A stretch of DNA of 64,000 nt from Bacillales bacterium UBA4855 (GCA_002399785.1 DHEH01000010.1:68106-132105); one strand, 5' to 3'; positions 23,600 to 35,687 are shown, numbered from the stretch's first letter. Translations and numbers: made by a program. The notes: generated by a model from the letters alone, not told the origin.

Positions 23600-24790
23600 A
23601 TGTCTTATTTCATCAAACAAATTATGAGTAAAGATTGCGGTTTTTCATGTCTAAAAATGTTGTTAGCAACAAAACAAAAAAATGAAAATTATCTTTTTTT
23701 AGATCAGGATGTCCAAGATAAACCATATTCTTACGAAAAATTAATAAGTATAGCTAAAAATGAAGGTTGCACATTAAAAGCTTATAAAGTTGTCGATAAA
23801 AAAGAGGTTTTTGAATCTAAAAATTTTCCAATAATGGTCACTTTTTCAAATAATAATACACTTCATATGGTTCTTCTTAAGAAAATAAACAAGAAAACAG
23901 TTGAAATAAACGATCCGGCAAAAGGAGAGTTGACCATTACAAGGGAAGAATTTATCGAACGTTTTAATGGTGAATTTCTAGAATGTGAAGAAATTGAAAA
24001 AAGAAAGTATAAAGCAAGAAAATTTCAATATATAAAAACAAAGCATATATGGCTAGCTTTATCTTTAGAACTTTTAAGTTTTGTTTTACTTATCACAGGG
24101 TTATATTTCAGTAGCGAAACAAATATAATTATCCCAATATTATTATTTATAGGTTTTATTTTAACCAGTTTTATATATCGCAAAATTTTAGTTTTAGGAA
24201 TGAAAGATTTCGACAAAAACGTAATTGAACCGTGTTATTTTCGAAGGAAAAAAGATTCAAAATCTACATTATTTAATATGGTTTCGTTCAAAAAAACATA
24301 TTTTGTATTACCTATCGAATTATTATCTAGTTCATTAATTTTAATATTTGGAAGTGTTTTACTTGCTCTTAACAGCATGTTAAATCTTATTAATGTATTA
24401 GTAATAATAATGTGTGAAATATTGTTTTATATCTTATTTAATAAAAAAATAAATGCCAAAAAAGCAAAAATTCAAGAGAAAGAAGAGGTTTTAAGTAAAA
24501 ATAACGATGAAGAAATTACTAAAAAGGCTATGGAAGAGGCGACAAATGAAGTCTATTCAATATCTAATTACTATGACTCCAAAAAATATATTACAGTTTT
24601 TCTTATTTTAATAATGACGCTTTTAAATATGTATATAGTTGATAAAATAAGTTTAAATTTTTTAATATTCCATTTTTTCTTTTATTCTTATTTAGATGAG
24701 TCAATTTCAAAAATAATAGATTTTTTAGATTCGTTCGACGAATACAAATATTATAAATGTCTTTATCTAAATTACTGTAAAGAAGAATAG
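23600..24790 (+). CDS. Peptidase C39 domain fused to an ABC-exporter-type transmembrane domain, lacking a nucleotide-binding domain
   Basis: Catalytic Cys in SKDCGFSCLKML, His in NTLHMVLL, DPAKGE. About 6 predicted TM helices follow. No Walker A/B; the gene ends 64 nt before ybeY. Confidence 0.65.
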   Translation: MSYFIKQIMSKDCGFSCLKMLLATKQKNENYLFLDQDVQDKPYSYEKLISIAKNEGCTLKAYKVVDKKEVFESKNFPIMVTFSNNNTLHMVLLKKINKKTVEINDPAKGELTITREEFIERFNGEFLECEEIEKRKYKARKFQYIKTKHIWLALSLELLSFVLLITGLYFSSETNIIIPILLFIGFILTSFIYRKILVLGMKDFDKNVIEPCYFRRKKDSKSTLFNMVSFKKTYFVLPIELLSSSLILIFGSVLLALNSMLNLINVLVIIMCEILFYILFNKKINAKKAKIQEKEEVLSKNNDEEITKKAMEEATNEVYSISNYYDSKKYITVFLILIMTLLNMYIVDKISLNFLIFHFFFYSYLDESISKIIDFLDSFDEYKYYKCLYLNYCKEE

Positions 24791-24854
24791 TGTATAACAA
24801 ATTACATATTTATTTTTAAATGATTATTCCTAAATATGATATAATTATGAAACG

Positions 24855-25316
24855 ATGGAATTCTCATTCAATAACGAAACAAATAACACTCTGGAAGAAT
24901 ATTCTGAACTTTATGAAAAATTGTTTTTAAAGACCTTAAAAACACTTAATTTAAGTTCTGAATATATTGTTAGTGTTACCATAGTTTCTAAAGAAGAAAT
25001 ACATCGAATTAATCGAGAATATCGACACATAGATCGTCCAACTGATGTAATCAGTTTTGCGTTTCTTGATGACAAAAAAGAAATTGTCAAAGGTGGAGAT
25101 ATTCCAATCGATTTAGGGGAAATTTACATTTGCTATGATGTTGCTGAAGAAAATGCAAAAAAATACGGAAATACACTAAAACGAGAATTATGTTTTCTTA
25201 GTGTACATGGATATTTGCATCTATTAGGATATGATCATATAACAAAAGAAGATGAAACCATTATGTTTGGTCTTCAAGATGTGATACTTCCTCCAAATAA
25301 GGAGATCATTTTATGA
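24855..25316 (+). CDS. ybeY: rRNA maturation endoribonuclease YbeY
   Basis: HGYLHLLGYDH zinc-binding motif. Confidence 0.9.
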   Translation: MEFSFNNETNNTLEEYSELYEKLFLKTLKTLNLSSEYIVSVTIVSKEEIHRINREYRHIDRPTDVISFAFLDDKKEIVKGGDIPIDLGEIYICYDVAEENAKKYGNTLKRELCFLSVHGYLHLLGYDHITKEDETIMFGLQDVILPPNKEIIL

Positions 25317-25711
25317 TTAAAGAAGAATTAATGGCTCAGGCCAAAGAAGCTATGGATTATTCGTATTCACCATACTCAAAATTTAAAGTTGGTGCGGCTT
25401 TATTAACAAAAGATGGAAAAATATTTTTAGGAGCCAATATTGAAAATGCATCATACGGTTTATCGATGTGTGGCGAAAGAAATGCAATATATAATGCTTA
25501 CTGTCATGGTGTCGAATACGATGACATTGAAGCTCTAGCTATCATTGGTGATACAGAAAAACCTGTTTCTCCTTGTGGCGCTTGCAGACAAGTTTTTAGC
25601 GAATTATTACCAAAGAATACAAGAATATACCTTGGCAACTTAGAAGGTGACATAAAAGAAACAACTGTTTCAGAATTGTTACCATATTCATTTTCTGGTG
25701 AAGATTTATAA
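25313..25711 (+). CDS. cdd: Cytidine deaminase
   Basis: CGERNA ... PCGACRQ zinc motifs. Confidence 0.9.
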   Translation: MIKEELMAQAKEAMDYSYSPYSKFKVGAALLTKDGKIFLGANIENASYGLSMCGERNAIYNAYCHGVEYDDIEALAIIGDTEKPVSPCGACRQVFSELLPKNTRIYLGNLEGDIKETTVSELLPYSFSGEDL

Positions 25712-25712
25712 T

Positions 25713-26588
25713 ATGAAGAGCGGATTTGTAAGTATTATTGGCAAACCAAACGTTGGAAAATCAACATTAATTAATGATATTGTTGGTTCAAAAATATCAA
25801 TTGTTACTCCAAAAGGCCAAACAACACGAAATTCAATTACAGGAATCTATAATGATGAAGAATCACAAATAGTGTTTTTTGACACTCCAGGGATTCATAA
25901 GCCTTTCAACGAATTAGGAATAGCTTTAGATAAAATATCTTATAGTACAATTAGGGATTGTGATATTGCCCTATTAGTAGTGGATGCTGGGCGTGAATAC
26001 GATGAGAGTGATGCATTCTTATGCGAAAAATTAAAATTTGATTGCAAACTTATCGTTGTATTTAATAAAATCGACACAACACGTATCGAACTCATTACTT
26101 CAATTAAAGAAAAATATAACACATTATTTCCAGATGCTTTAACATGTGAAATTTGCGCAAAAGATGGATTTGGTGTCACAGATTTAATAAAATTAATTAA
26201 AGAAAATCTAGAAGAAGGTCCTGCTTATTATGATGTTACTCAAATAACCGATCGTGACTTATCATTTAGGGTTCAAGAAATTATTCGTGAAAAATTATTG
26301 ATACTTTTAGATAAAGAAGTACCACACGGTGTTTTAGTTTTGACTGAAAAAATTGCAAAAGAAAGTGGTCGCTTATCAATATATTGCAAAATCATTTGTG
26401 AGAAAGAAAGCCAAAAAGGAATAATAATTGGCAAAGGCGGAAAGATGATTAAAAAGATTGGTACGTATTCCCGTCAAGATATAGAAAAAATGCTAGGTCA
26501 ACATATAAATCTTGAATTAGTGGTGCAAGTAGTTGAAAATTGGCGTAATTCTAGTAGATTTTTAGTAAAAGCAGGTTATAAAATTTAA
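25713..26588 (+). CDS. era: GTPase Era
   Basis: GKPNVGKST, DTPG, NKID; C-terminal KH domain. Start at the ATG 2 nt after the cdd stop. Confidence 0.9.
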   Translation: MKSGFVSIIGKPNVGKSTLINDIVGSKISIVTPKGQTTRNSITGIYNDEESQIVFFDTPGIHKPFNELGIALDKISYSTIRDCDIALLVVDAGREYDESDAFLCEKLKFDCKLIVVFNKIDTTRIELITSIKEKYNTLFPDALTCEICAKDGFGVTDLIKLIKENLEEGPAYYDVTQITDRDLSFRVQEIIREKLLILLDKEVPHGVLVLTEKIAKESGRLSIYCKIICEKESQKGIIIGKGGKMIKKIGTYSRQDIEKMLGQHINLELVVQVVENWRNSSRFLVKAGYKI

Positions 26589-27305
26589 ATGGAACAATTT
26601 GTTGGTTTAATAATTTCAGTCAACAAATATAAAGATAATAATGGCGTTATAAATATCTTAACCGAAAATGGAATAGTTTCTATTTTGGGACGAGGTATTT
26701 ATAAAGATGACAATAAAAATCATATCTTTACTAATAAATTTATTTATGCTAATTTTGATGTTTACAAAGGAAAAGTTGGTGGATATAAATTAAGAACCGC
26801 AAAAATAATCAAATTCTATCCATCCGCTATAGAATCTTACGAATACCTTTTGGCATTAGATTATTTAAGCGAAGTAGTTTACAAAACAATTGACGACGTA
26901 TTAGCTGATGAAGATTTAGATTTTAAAAGCAAGTTATTACATACAGTCATTAAAACATTAGATTACATGATTGAAACAAGAAGAATTTATGCTTCTTTAT
27001 CTTATTTTTCTTCTACATTAATTAAAGAATTAGGGATTAAACCTAATCTAAACAAATTAGAAAATATTGAAAGTCAAACATATTCTTTTTTAAACGGAAG
27101 TATTGTTGCTAATACCAAAAAAGAAAATAACGATATTGTTTTATCAAAAGAAAATATAAATTGTATAAATATGTATTTATGTTGCGATAATATCGATGAA
27201 ATTTTAATCGGTGAAACTAACTCTAAATTTGTTTTTATCTTTTTTAATAGACAAATTGAGAGTTCTTTTTCGATTAAATTAAACTCTTTGAATTTAATCT
27301 TGTAA
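26589..27305 (+). CDS. recO: DNA repair protein RecO
   Basis: 238 aa; position era-recO-glyQS conserved; RecO-like OB N-terminus. Confidence 0.6.
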   Translation: MEQFVGLIISVNKYKDNNGVINILTENGIVSILGRGIYKDDNKNHIFTNKFIYANFDVYKGKVGGYKLRTAKIIKFYPSAIESYEYLLALDYLSEVVYKTIDDVLADEDLDFKSKLLHTVIKTLDYMIETRRIYASLSYFSSTLIKELGIKPNLNKLENIESQTYSFLNGSIVANTKKENNDIVLSKENINCINMYLCCDNIDEILIGETNSKFVFIFFNRQIESSFSIKLNSLNLIL

Positions 27306-27375
27306 GTACACTTATAATAGTTTGACAAAATATAGTTTTGACCTATAATCAAAGAGTATTTGAATGGAGATTTTT

Positions 27376-28755
27376 ATGGAATTTAAAAATAAATTTGAAA
27401 CAGTTGCTACACACCTACAAACAACTGGGTATGTTTTTCAAGGATCACAAATATATGGTGGCCTAAGTAACACTTGGGATTACGGCCCTTTAGGAAGCGA
27501 ATTAAAAAACAACATTAGACAATTATGGCTTAAAAAATATGTTCATGAATCACCTTATAACGTTGCTATTGATTCAGCAATATTGATGAATTCTAGAGTT
27601 TGGCAAGCAACAGGTCATGTCACAACATTCAATGACCCTTTAATTGATTGTAAAGCATGTAAAAGTAGATTTAGAGCTGATGAATTGATCGAGCAACAAT
27701 ATAAAGATGCTGACGTCAACGGAATGAGTCAAGATGACATGAATAATTTTATGCATGACCATAAATTGGTTTGTCCTACTTGTGGAAAAAGTGATTTTAC
27801 AGATATTAGACAATTCAATATGATGTTTAAAACTCACATCGGTGTTACTGATGATAATAAAAGTGAAGTTTATTTAAGACCAGAAACAGCTCAAGGTGTT
27901 TTTGTTAATTTTAAAAATGTTCAAAGATCAACAAGAAAAAAAATACCTTTTGGAATCTGTAATACAGGTAAAGTTTTTAGAAACGAAATTACTCCAGGTA
28001 ATTTTACTTTTAGAACTAGAGAATTTGAACAAATGGAATTAGAATTTTTCTGTAAACCAGGTACCGATTTAGATTGGCAAAAATACTGGAAAGATTTTTC
28101 TTTAAAATTTATCGAAACTTTAGGTATTAAACCAGAAAATTTAAGATATAGAGATCACGAACCAGAAGAATTAGCTTTTTATTCTAAAGCTACTACAGAT
28201 ATTGAGTATAAGTTTAGCTTTGGTTGGGGAGAAATTATGGGTGTCGCTGATCGTACTGATTACGATCTAAATAGACACGCAAAGTTTTCTGGAGAACCTC
28301 TCGATTATTTAGATCCTGATACTAACGAAAAATATGTTCCTTATTGTATCGAACCAAGTATTGGGTTAGATAGAATGTTTTTGATGATTGTAAATGATGC
28401 ATATGATGAAGAAACTTTACCAAATGGAGAAGTGAGAAAAGTAATGCATCTTCAACCATTTTTAGCACCATATAAGGCTGCAATTTTACCTTTAAGTAAA
28501 CAACTTAGTTCACAAGCTGAGAAAATTTATCAAGATTTAGCACCTTATATTACGTTAAGTTACGATGTCACCGGATCAATCGGTAAAAGATACAGAAGAA
28601 ACGATGAAATCGGAACACCATTCTGTGTTACAGTTGATTTTGATACGCAAAATGATAATTGCGTTACAGTTAGAGAAAGAGACTCTATGACACAAGAAAG
28701 GATCAATATCTCCGCATTAAAAGACTATTTAATGGAGAAATGTTTTTATAAATAG
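27376..28755 (+). CDS. glyQS: Glycine--tRNA ligase (dimeric GlyQS type)
   Basis: Class II aaRS motifs; strong similarity pattern to GlyQS (RPETAQG, FRNEI, GLDR). Confidence 0.9.
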   Translation: MEFKNKFETVATHLQTTGYVFQGSQIYGGLSNTWDYGPLGSELKNNIRQLWLKKYVHESPYNVAIDSAILMNSRVWQATGHVTTFNDPLIDCKACKSRFRADELIEQQYKDADVNGMSQDDMNNFMHDHKLVCPTCGKSDFTDIRQFNMMFKTHIGVTDDNKSEVYLRPETAQGVFVNFKNVQRSTRKKIPFGICNTGKVFRNEITPGNFTFRTREFEQMELEFFCKPGTDLDWQKYWKDFSLKFIETLGIKPENLRYRDHEPEELAFYSKATTDIEYKFSFGWGEIMGVADRTDYDLNRHAKFSGEPLDYLDPDTNEKYVPYCIEPSIGLDRMFLMIVNDAYDEETLPNGEVRKVMHLQPFLAPYKAAILPLSKQLSSQAEKIYQDLAPYITLSYDVTGSIGKRYRRNDEIGTPFCVTVDFDTQNDNCVTVRERDSMTQERINISALKDYLMEKCFYK

Positions 28756-30614
28756 TGGATATTAAACAATTAACTGAAGATATATTAAAACAAGTAAATA
28801 TTGTAGACATAATTTCTCATTACACCCAAGTTCAAAAAGCAGGAAGAAATTACACATGTCTATGTCCTTTTCATGATGATAAGAAATTGGGGAATTTTTA
28901 CATAAATCCTGACAAACAAATTTTTAAATGTTTTTCTTGCGGAAAAGGTGGAAACGCGATAACTTTCGTTCAATATAGAGAAAATATTTCTTTTATAGAA
29001 GCCTTAAGAAAGGTTTGTGACTTATCGGGCATTAAAGACGACAGATTAACTTCAAACGTTAAAAGAGTCGAAATTCCAACTGAAATTAAAAATATCTATG
29101 ATTGTTTGTCGAATATCAATTCTTTTTATATGACCAGCTTATATCAAAATATTAACGGAAGAAAAGCCTTAGAATATCTAACTCAACGAGGTCTAACTGA
29201 AGAAATCATTAAAAATTTTAATATTGGTTATTCACAAAGTGATGGCAAAAATGTCGTTAAATATTTAAATGATAAAAATTATAGTTTGAAAACAATAGCC
29301 GAAACAGGCATTGTTCGAATAGACGAAACACCATTGAAAGATTTAAATGCAGGTAGAATCACATTTGGAATCACCAACAAAGATAATAAAATTGTTGGTT
29401 TTAGTGCTCGTATTTTTGGTGATATTAAAAGCGATGCTAAATATATAAACACTAAGGAAACTAAACTTTTTAATAAATCCGATATACTATACAACTACTA
29501 TTCTGCCTTAAACGAATCAAGAAGAGTCGGTTATGTATATGTTTTAGAAGGTTTTATGGATGTTATCGCTTGTTATAGAGTAGGTATCAAAAGTGCAGTC
29601 GGTTTGATGGGAACAGCTTTTACAAAACAACAATTGCAAATGCTTAGATTCATGAGATGCGAAATTCGCTTATGTTTAGATTTAGATACTCCTGGGCAAG
29701 ATAATATGTCAAAAATTATTGAAGTGTTAGATGAAAAAGGAATCAAATATAGATTAGTCAATAACAATTCAGGTTTTCATGGAAAAGACAGCGACGAGAT
29801 ATTAAAAAATGATGGCGAAAAGGGTTTATTATCTTTCTTAGATAATTTAATTAGCAAAGGCGAATGGCTTATAAATTATTACGCAAAATCTTTTGATTTA
29901 AGCAGTTTAGATGGAAGAAAAAAGATGTTAAAAGCCTTTATACCAGTTATTTCACAAACTAACAGCCGATTAGATAGAGAAGATTACATTAATAGAATTT
30001 CTAAATTGACGAATTTTAGTATCAAAACAATCCTTGACATGGTAAATAACATGCAAACAAATATCGAAAAAAACGATAATGAAGATTTTGCAAAATGGTA
30101 TAACTCAAATAAATTTGAAAGCAAGAAATTAGATAGATTGCAATTTGCAGAAAGACAAATGATGAGATATATTCTTGAGAATAAGGAAGCTTATGATCAA
30201 TACACAGAGAAGTTGGGATATTTTACTAATAAAGATTATAGACAAATAATTGATGCAATTGATGAATATGTAAACACAGATGTCATCAACCAAAGCAACT
30301 ACTCTTTAACAAATATTATCACATCATTAACATCCAACGAAAATTTAGAACAAAAAACGAAAGAAAAAATAATCGATGATATCACTACGGTAGCTTTAGA
30401 TAAATCGCGGTATTGCCCTCCATATAACGAGAAAAGTTTCGTAAATCTTGTTGAAACAATCAATAACGAAAGAGAACTTAAGAGAAGCAAAGAAGCTTAT
30501 GAGAACTCAATAATTAACCTAAATCCTGAAGAAAAAAATAAACAAACAGTCAATTTTCTAGAATCAATCAAAGAAAATCTAGAGAGAGACAAAATTAAAA
30601 AAGGAGGCAAATGA
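28755..30614 (+). CDS. dnaG: DNA primase
   Basis: Zinc-binding CxxH...CxxC N-terminus, TOPRIM domain (EGFMD), before sigA. Confidence 0.9.
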   Translation: MDIKQLTEDILKQVNIVDIISHYTQVQKAGRNYTCLCPFHDDKKLGNFYINPDKQIFKCFSCGKGGNAITFVQYRENISFIEALRKVCDLSGIKDDRLTSNVKRVEIPTEIKNIYDCLSNINSFYMTSLYQNINGRKALEYLTQRGLTEEIIKNFNIGYSQSDGKNVVKYLNDKNYSLKTIAETGIVRIDETPLKDLNAGRITFGITNKDNKIVGFSARIFGDIKSDAKYINTKETKLFNKSDILYNYYSALNESRRVGYVYVLEGFMDVIACYRVGIKSAVGLMGTAFTKQQLQMLRFMRCEIRLCLDLDTPGQDNMSKIIEVLDEKGIKYRLVNNNSGFHGKDSDEILKNDGEKGLLSFLDNLISKGEWLINYYAKSFDLSSLDGRKKMLKAFIPVISQTNSRLDREDYINRISKLTNFSIKTILDMVNNMQTNIEKNDNEDFAKWYNSNKFESKKLDRLQFAERQMMRYILENKEAYDQYTEKLGYFTNKDYRQIIDAIDEYVNTDVINQSNYSLTNIITSLTSNENLEQKTKEKIIDDITTVALDKSRYCPPYNEKSFVNLVETINNERELKRSKEAYENSIINLNPEEKNKQTVNFLESIKENLERDKIKKGGK

Positions 30615-31873
30615 TGGAAAAAGTTAAAAATAAGTGTATTTATAGTAGTAATCAAGTAAATAACTCATCCAAGGAACTTGAAAGCGTAATCAATTCATTA
30701 GATCTAACTGAAAACAATAAAACAAATTTATTAAGTTCATTAATAAACATCGAAGGAAACATAAAGAAAACAAAAACAATAAAATTAACAGAATTAGATG
30801 TTTTATTTTCTAAATGCGGAGTTAATGATAATGATGCAGATGTTTTATTAGAATATCTTACTAATAATGGTTTTATTTGTAATGACGATTCTGGAAATAA
30901 TAATATGTACGATGACGATTCTCAATTTACGCATATGGAAATCGATGATGACGATGACGAAGACGAAACACTAATAGATCCCTACGTTGATGAAACATTT
31001 CCTAAAATTGACAAAGATGTCAAAAATACTAATTCAATTAAGTCTTACCTAAATAATATTTCTTCATATGATTTATTATCAAAAGAAGAAGAAATAGAAT
31101 TAGCAAACAAAATTAAATTAGGTGACGAAAAAGCTAAACAAGAATTATCTGAACATAACTTAAGACTTGTTGTAAGTCTTGCTAAAAATTACATCGGTAG
31201 AGGACTTTCTTTACAAGACTTAATTCAAGAAGGCAATGCTGGTTTGCTTAAAGCAGTAGAAAAGTTCGACATCACCAAGAATTGTCGATTCTCAACTTAT
31301 GCAACATGGCGGATAAATCAATCGCTTTCAGAGGCCGTAAAATCAAAAGGGCACACAATTCATTTACCATCATACATTCTTAAAGCAGTTTCTAAAATAA
31401 ACAAAACAGCAAACGAATTAACTTTAAAATTAAACCACAAACCAACCTATACAGAGATTAGTGAAGCATTAAATTGGGAATTTTCTCCCGAAAAAATAGA
31501 AAGATTCCTGTGGTACGCAACATCGACATCAATAAGATCTACTGATGAAAAAAGAAGTGATAGCGAAAAAAGCGAATCATTAATTGAAGCAATACCCGAT
31601 AATAGTGATTCAATTGAGGATTATCTATCAAATACAGCAAATCACGAAAACGTGAATAAATTACTTAAAGTTCTTAATGAAAGAGAAAAAATTATTATAA
31701 CTGAATATTTCGGTCTAGATGATGACGAAAGCAAAACTCTTGAACAAATAGGGCATGAATTAGGCCTTACAAGAGAAAGAGTTAGACAAATTAAATTTCT
31801 TGCAATTAAAAAAATGTTTGATTCTACCGAAAAAAACAAATTAACAAATTTACATAATCAAATGGAGGATTAA
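30611..31873 (+). CDS. Divergent sigma-70 family paralog (regions 1.2-4 present, altered DNA-contact residues)
   Basis: 420 aa. Regions 2-4 recognisable ([38 protein letters not shown]). Acidic N-terminal insert. Overlaps the dnaG stop (ATGA). Confidence 0.7.
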   Translation: MMEKVKNKCIYSSNQVNNSSKELESVINSLDLTENNKTNLLSSLINIEGNIKKTKTIKLTELDVLFSKCGVNDNDADVLLEYLTNNGFICNDDSGNNNMYDDDSQFTHMEIDDDDDEDETLIDPYVDETFPKIDKDVKNTNSIKSYLNNISSYDLLSKEEEIELANKIKLGDEKAKQELSEHNLRLVVSLAKNYIGRGLSLQDLIQEGNAGLLKAVEKFDITKNCRFSTYATWRINQSLSEAVKSKGHTIHLPSYILKAVSKINKTANELTLKLNHKPTYTEISEALNWEFSPEKIERFLWYATSTSIRSTDEKRSDSEKSESLIEAIPDNSDSIEDYLSNTANHENVNKLLKVLNEREKIIITEYFGLDDDESKTLEQIGHELGLTRERVRQIKFLAIKKMFDSTEKNKLTNLHNQMED

Positions 31874-31876
31874 ATT

Positions 31877-33313
31877 ATGAAAAACACAAACAAAGACATT
31901 AAAAAAACAATATTAGATTTAGATGAGGAAAAAACATCAAAAAAGACAAAAAAGGCAACTGATACAAAAAAAGAAAAGTTGGACAAAAAAGAAACGAAAC
32001 CTAAAAAAATAACAACTAAAATTGAAAACGAAGAAAAAAATTCCAAAAATTCGCATTCTTTAATAACAAAAAAAGATATTACAAAATATATTGTCCTTGA
32101 AGAAGTAGATGATGAAGATGAGACTGTAACGGAAAATAGCCTTATTAAACAAGGATTAATTAAACAAACAGAGAAATATTTAAAAAGTCTTGGGTCAGAA
32201 AACGAAGTTGATATGGATGATTATTTTGATTTAACCAAAAATTTAAATGTTGATGATGAGACTATGGATAAAGTCATGGAATATTTTAAAGATTGTGGTT
32301 ACAAAATTAGAGGTGAAAATGTCGATGAAGTCGAAGATGTTGATTTTGATCCAAATTCCATCAACGAGGACGATGATTTATTGGATGAAGATGATGATAT
32401 ATCAGAAGACAGTGACTCTTCTGAAACAATTGCTATTTTAAATAGCATTGATGCTTATGATAGCGATTTTAAGACAAGTGATTCAGTTAAATTATACATG
32501 AAAGATATGCATGATTACGCTTTAATCGATGCTAAAAAAGAAAAAGAACTTGCTGTAAGAATCGCTCATGGTGACCAAGAAGCGAGAGATGAATTAACAA
32601 CAGCAAACTTAAGATTAGTTGTTAATGTTGCTAAACATTATGTTAATCGTGGAATGGCTTTATTAGATTTAATCCAAGAAGGTAATATAGGTTTAATGAA
32701 GGCAGTTAATAAATTCGATCCAACAAAAGGTTTTAAATTTTCTACTTATGCAACTTGGTGGATTAGACAATCTATAACAAGAGCTATTGCTGACCAAGCA
32801 AAAACTATTCGTGTTCCAGTTCATATGGTTGAAACAATAAACAAAATAAATAGAACTAAGAAAGTTTTGACACAAGAACTCGGAAGAGAACCAACCCTTG
32901 AAGAAATTAGCAAAAGATTAGAAGGAAAATATACCCCAGAAAAAATCTTAGAAATATTAAATTATGCTCAAGATCCTGTTTCTACAGATTGCCCAATTGG
33001 AAAAGATGACGACACCCAATTAATGGATTTTATTCAAGATAAAGAAGATGTTTCTCCTGAAGAATATACTAAGCGACAATTAAATATTGAAAACTTAAAT
33101 AAAATTATGCAAGATTTATCAGAAAGAGAGCAAAGAGTTTTATGCTTACGTTATGGTCTCGTTGAAGATGGTAGAGCTAGAACACTTGAAGAAGTTGGTA
33201 AAGAATTTGGTGTTACAAGAGAAAGAGTACGTCAAATTGAAGCGAAAGCCATCAAAAAACTTAGACATAAATCACGTACTAAATTTTTAGACTGCGAATA
33301 TTATTCGAAATAA
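31877..33313 (+). CDS. sigA: RNA polymerase sigma factor SigA (RpoD)
   Basis: Canonical regions 2.x ([38 protein letters not shown]) and 4.2 ([13 protein letters not shown]). Confidence 0.92.
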   Translation: MKNTNKDIKKTILDLDEEKTSKKTKKATDTKKEKLDKKETKPKKITTKIENEEKNSKNSHSLITKKDITKYIVLEEVDDEDETVTENSLIKQGLIKQTEKYLKSLGSENEVDMDDYFDLTKNLNVDDETMDKVMEYFKDCGYKIRGENVDEVEDVDFDPNSINEDDDLLDEDDDISEDSDSSETIAILNSIDAYDSDFKTSDSVKLYMKDMHDYALIDAKKEKELAVRIAHGDQEARDELTTANLRLVVNVAKHYVNRGMALLDLIQEGNIGLMKAVNKFDPTKGFKFSTYATWWIRQSITRAIADQAKTIRVPVHMVETINKINRTKKVLTQELGREPTLEEISKRLEGKYTPEKILEILNYAQDPVSTDCPIGKDDDTQLMDFIQDKEDVSPEEYTKRQLNIENLNKIMQDLSEREQRVLCLRYGLVEDGRARTLEEVGKEFGVTRERVRQIEAKAIKKLRHKSRTKFLDCEYYSK

Positions 33314-33318
33314 TTTTT

Positions 33319-34005
33319 ATGCTTTCAAAAAGATTACAAACTATTTATGATTTGGTTGATGAAAATTCAAATTTAGCAGATATAGGTGCTGATCATGGCT
33401 TCTTATTGATTGAATTGGCAAAAAATAACAAATGTAATCTTCTTTTAGGCGTAGAAAATAAAAAAGGTCCATACGAAAAGTTGCTTAATGATATCCGAAT
33501 AAATTCACTTAAAAATAAAATTTTTACATCATTTAGTGACGGATTATCAAAAATAACGCCTGAATACAAAACAATAGTTATTGCCGGGATGGGAACCGAC
33601 AATATAAAAAAAATAATTAAAGATTCGATCTCTAGTATTGATTTTATCAATACATTTATAATCGATTCTCATACAAAAATAGAAGAATTAAGAAAATTTG
33701 TTGTTTCACTCGGTTTTAAAATTTCACAAGAAAAAATATTAAAAGAAGACAATATTGTGTATGAAATTATTCGATTTGATAAAGGAAGTGCTACTTATTC
33801 AGATATTCAATATAAATTCGGACCTTGTTTAATAAAAGAAAAAACAAATGATTTTATCAATATTTATAAAGAAAGATTAATGTGGCTAAAGAACAAGAGA
33901 AAAAATACTTCAAATCCTGACTTTATTAGATCACTTGAGTTAGATATTAAAGAAATAGAGGCAATAATTTATGAAAACCAATGTTTTATTAAAAAAATTA
34001 AGTAA
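33319..34005 (+). CDS. trmK: tRNA (adenine22-N1)-methyltransferase TrmK
   Basis: LADIGADHG SAM-binding start, YqfN position after sigA. Confidence 0.75.
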   Translation: MLSKRLQTIYDLVDENSNLADIGADHGFLLIELAKNNKCNLLLGVENKKGPYEKLLNDIRINSLKNKIFTSFSDGLSKITPEYKTIVIAGMGTDNIKKIIKDSISSIDFINTFIIDSHTKIEELRKFVVSLGFKISQEKILKEDNIVYEIIRFDKGSATYSDIQYKFGPCLIKEKTNDFINIYKERLMWLKNKRKNTSNPDFIRSLELDIKEIEAIIYENQCFIKKIK

Positions 34006-34747
34006 GAACTTTCCAAAAAGATTACAAGAAGGGTTCGATCATTGTGGATTGCAAACCGGAAAGTTAAGAGAAGACACTAATAATATTGTATTATGCCTAG
34101 ATTTTGATGAAGAGGTCTTTGAAATTATGAAAAATAAGAATCTTTTTGATAAAACAGATTTGATTATAACGCATCATCCATTTATTTTTGGAACAAAGTT
34201 CAAAGTTTTTGAATTTGATGAAAAAAAGAAGGTTTTATGTGATAAGATTGATAGCAAAAATATCCCAATTTATTCTTATCACACAAGTTTTGATACTGGA
34301 AAAGACGGAATGAACGACGCACTAGCAAATGCATTAAACTTACAAAACATCAAACAACTCGATTCTGTCCCAATGGCTAGAGGCGGTTTTTTAACGCAAC
34401 CTATGGAAATTCACGACTTTTGTAAATATGCAAAAAAATGTTTAAATGTAGATTACGGAAAACTTATTAACAAAGGAAGTAAAACAATTAAAAGTGTTGC
34501 TATTATTGGTGGCGGTGGATGGAGTAGTTATCATGATGTTCAAAAAGAAGGTTATGACATTTATATAAGCGGAGACATCCCGCATCACGGAAGACGCGGT
34601 GTTATTGAACGGCAATATAACTATTTAGATTTGCCACACGAAATCGAACGAATTTTTATGACACAAATGAAAAAAATCTTGCTTGATATAGACCCAAGTT
34701 TAAATATAACAATAATCGATCACGAAGCCCTTCCTGAACTCATTTGA
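33971..34747 (+). CDS. Nif3-like dinuclear metal centre protein (YqfO)
   Basis: DHCGLQ N-terminal motif, HHP, GGG...HH C-terminal motifs; follows trmK as in B. subtilis. Confidence 0.75.
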   Translation: MKTNVLLKKLSKNFPKRLQEGFDHCGLQTGKLREDTNNIVLCLDFDEEVFEIMKNKNLFDKTDLIITHHPFIFGTKFKVFEFDEKKKVLCDKIDSKNIPIYSYHTSFDTGKDGMNDALANALNLQNIKQLDSVPMARGGFLTQPMEIHDFCKYAKKCLNVDYGKLINKGSKTIKSVAIIGGGGWSSYHDVQKEGYDIYISGDIPHHGRRGVIERQYNYLDLPHEIERIFMTQMKKILLDIDPSLNITIIDHEALPELI

Positions 34748-35621
34748 TATCTTTTAAATAATTAGAAATTTCATCAACGATTGTCGACGGAGTAGATGTA
34801 GCGCTAGCAATCAAAACACTTTTACTTTTCTTTACATCTAACAACTTTTTAACGTCATTTATATCGGATACTAAATAACAATTATCTTGTTTAGTAGTAA
34901 TATAGTACATTTTTAGTAAAAGTTTAGCATTACTTGAAGTATTTGATCCTACTATGAAAACAATGTCATACATTCGCTTTAAGCCTTCATTACACAACTT
35001 ATTAAAACGTCGTACAGGCTCTCCGCATATTCTTCTAAAGTCATTAATTTTTTTAGCATTTAAAACAAGTTGTTCTTTCACCATCAAATAAGATAAGTTA
35101 GATACAGTTGATTGAGTAAATAAATTAACTGTTTTATTTTCGCATTTACCAAGATCATAAAGATTGTCTTCATTAATAACCATAAAGTTATCACCATAAC
35201 TTATTAGTGAAGTGGTTTCAACATGAAGCGGATTTCCGACAAAAATATTAATATCGGCTTTTTTATAATTATTATCAATTATTTTTTTTGTGTCCCTTAA
35301 AAATGGACAAATAGCATCATAAAATTTAATTTTATTATCACTTAACATTTTTTCGACTTTTTTTGAATGACCATGAGCACTCAATATAATGATTTCATCT
35401 TTTTTAACATTTTTAAGATAATTGATAAAATTATCGTCATTTCCGTCAATAATGTTAATTTTATTATCACTTAACAATTTATTTGCATCTTCATTATGAA
35501 CAATTGGACCTAAACACGTAATTTTTCTATCAGGTCTTTTATTTCTTAGCAAAATTGCAAGTTTTAAAGCTCTATTAACACCTCCGCAAAAACCATATGG
35601 CTTAATTATATTGACAAACAT
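34740..35621 (-). CDS. ispH: 4-hydroxy-3-methylbut-2-enyl diphosphate reductase
   Basis: 293 aa; GFCGGVNRA, HNE, SAHG, STVSN motifs of IspH/LytB. Confidence 0.85.
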   Translation of the reverse strand: MFVNIIKPYGFCGGVNRALKLAILLRNKRPDRKITCLGPIVHNEDANKLLSDNKINIIDGNDDNFINYLKNVKKDEIIILSAHGHSKKVEKMLSDNKIKFYDAICPFLRDTKKIIDNNYKKADINIFVGNPLHVETTSLISYGDNFMVINEDNLYDLGKCENKTVNLFTQSTVSNLSYLMVKEQLVLNAKKINDFRRICGEPVRRFNKLCNEGLKRMYDIVFIVGSNTSSNAKLLLKMYYITTKQDNCYLVSDINDVKKLLDVKKSKSVLIASATSTPSTIVDEISNYLKDIK

Positions 35622-35687
35622 GTAAATATATTAGCATTTATTAATAAATAATGTGTATTAAGTGTTAAATTTATATATAATTAGCAT

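Noticed and set aside
27306-27375. T-box riboswitch upstream of glyQS.
   Set aside because: The intergenic region is only ~60 nt; T-box leaders need ~200-300 nt. glyQS is probably co-transcribed with recO.
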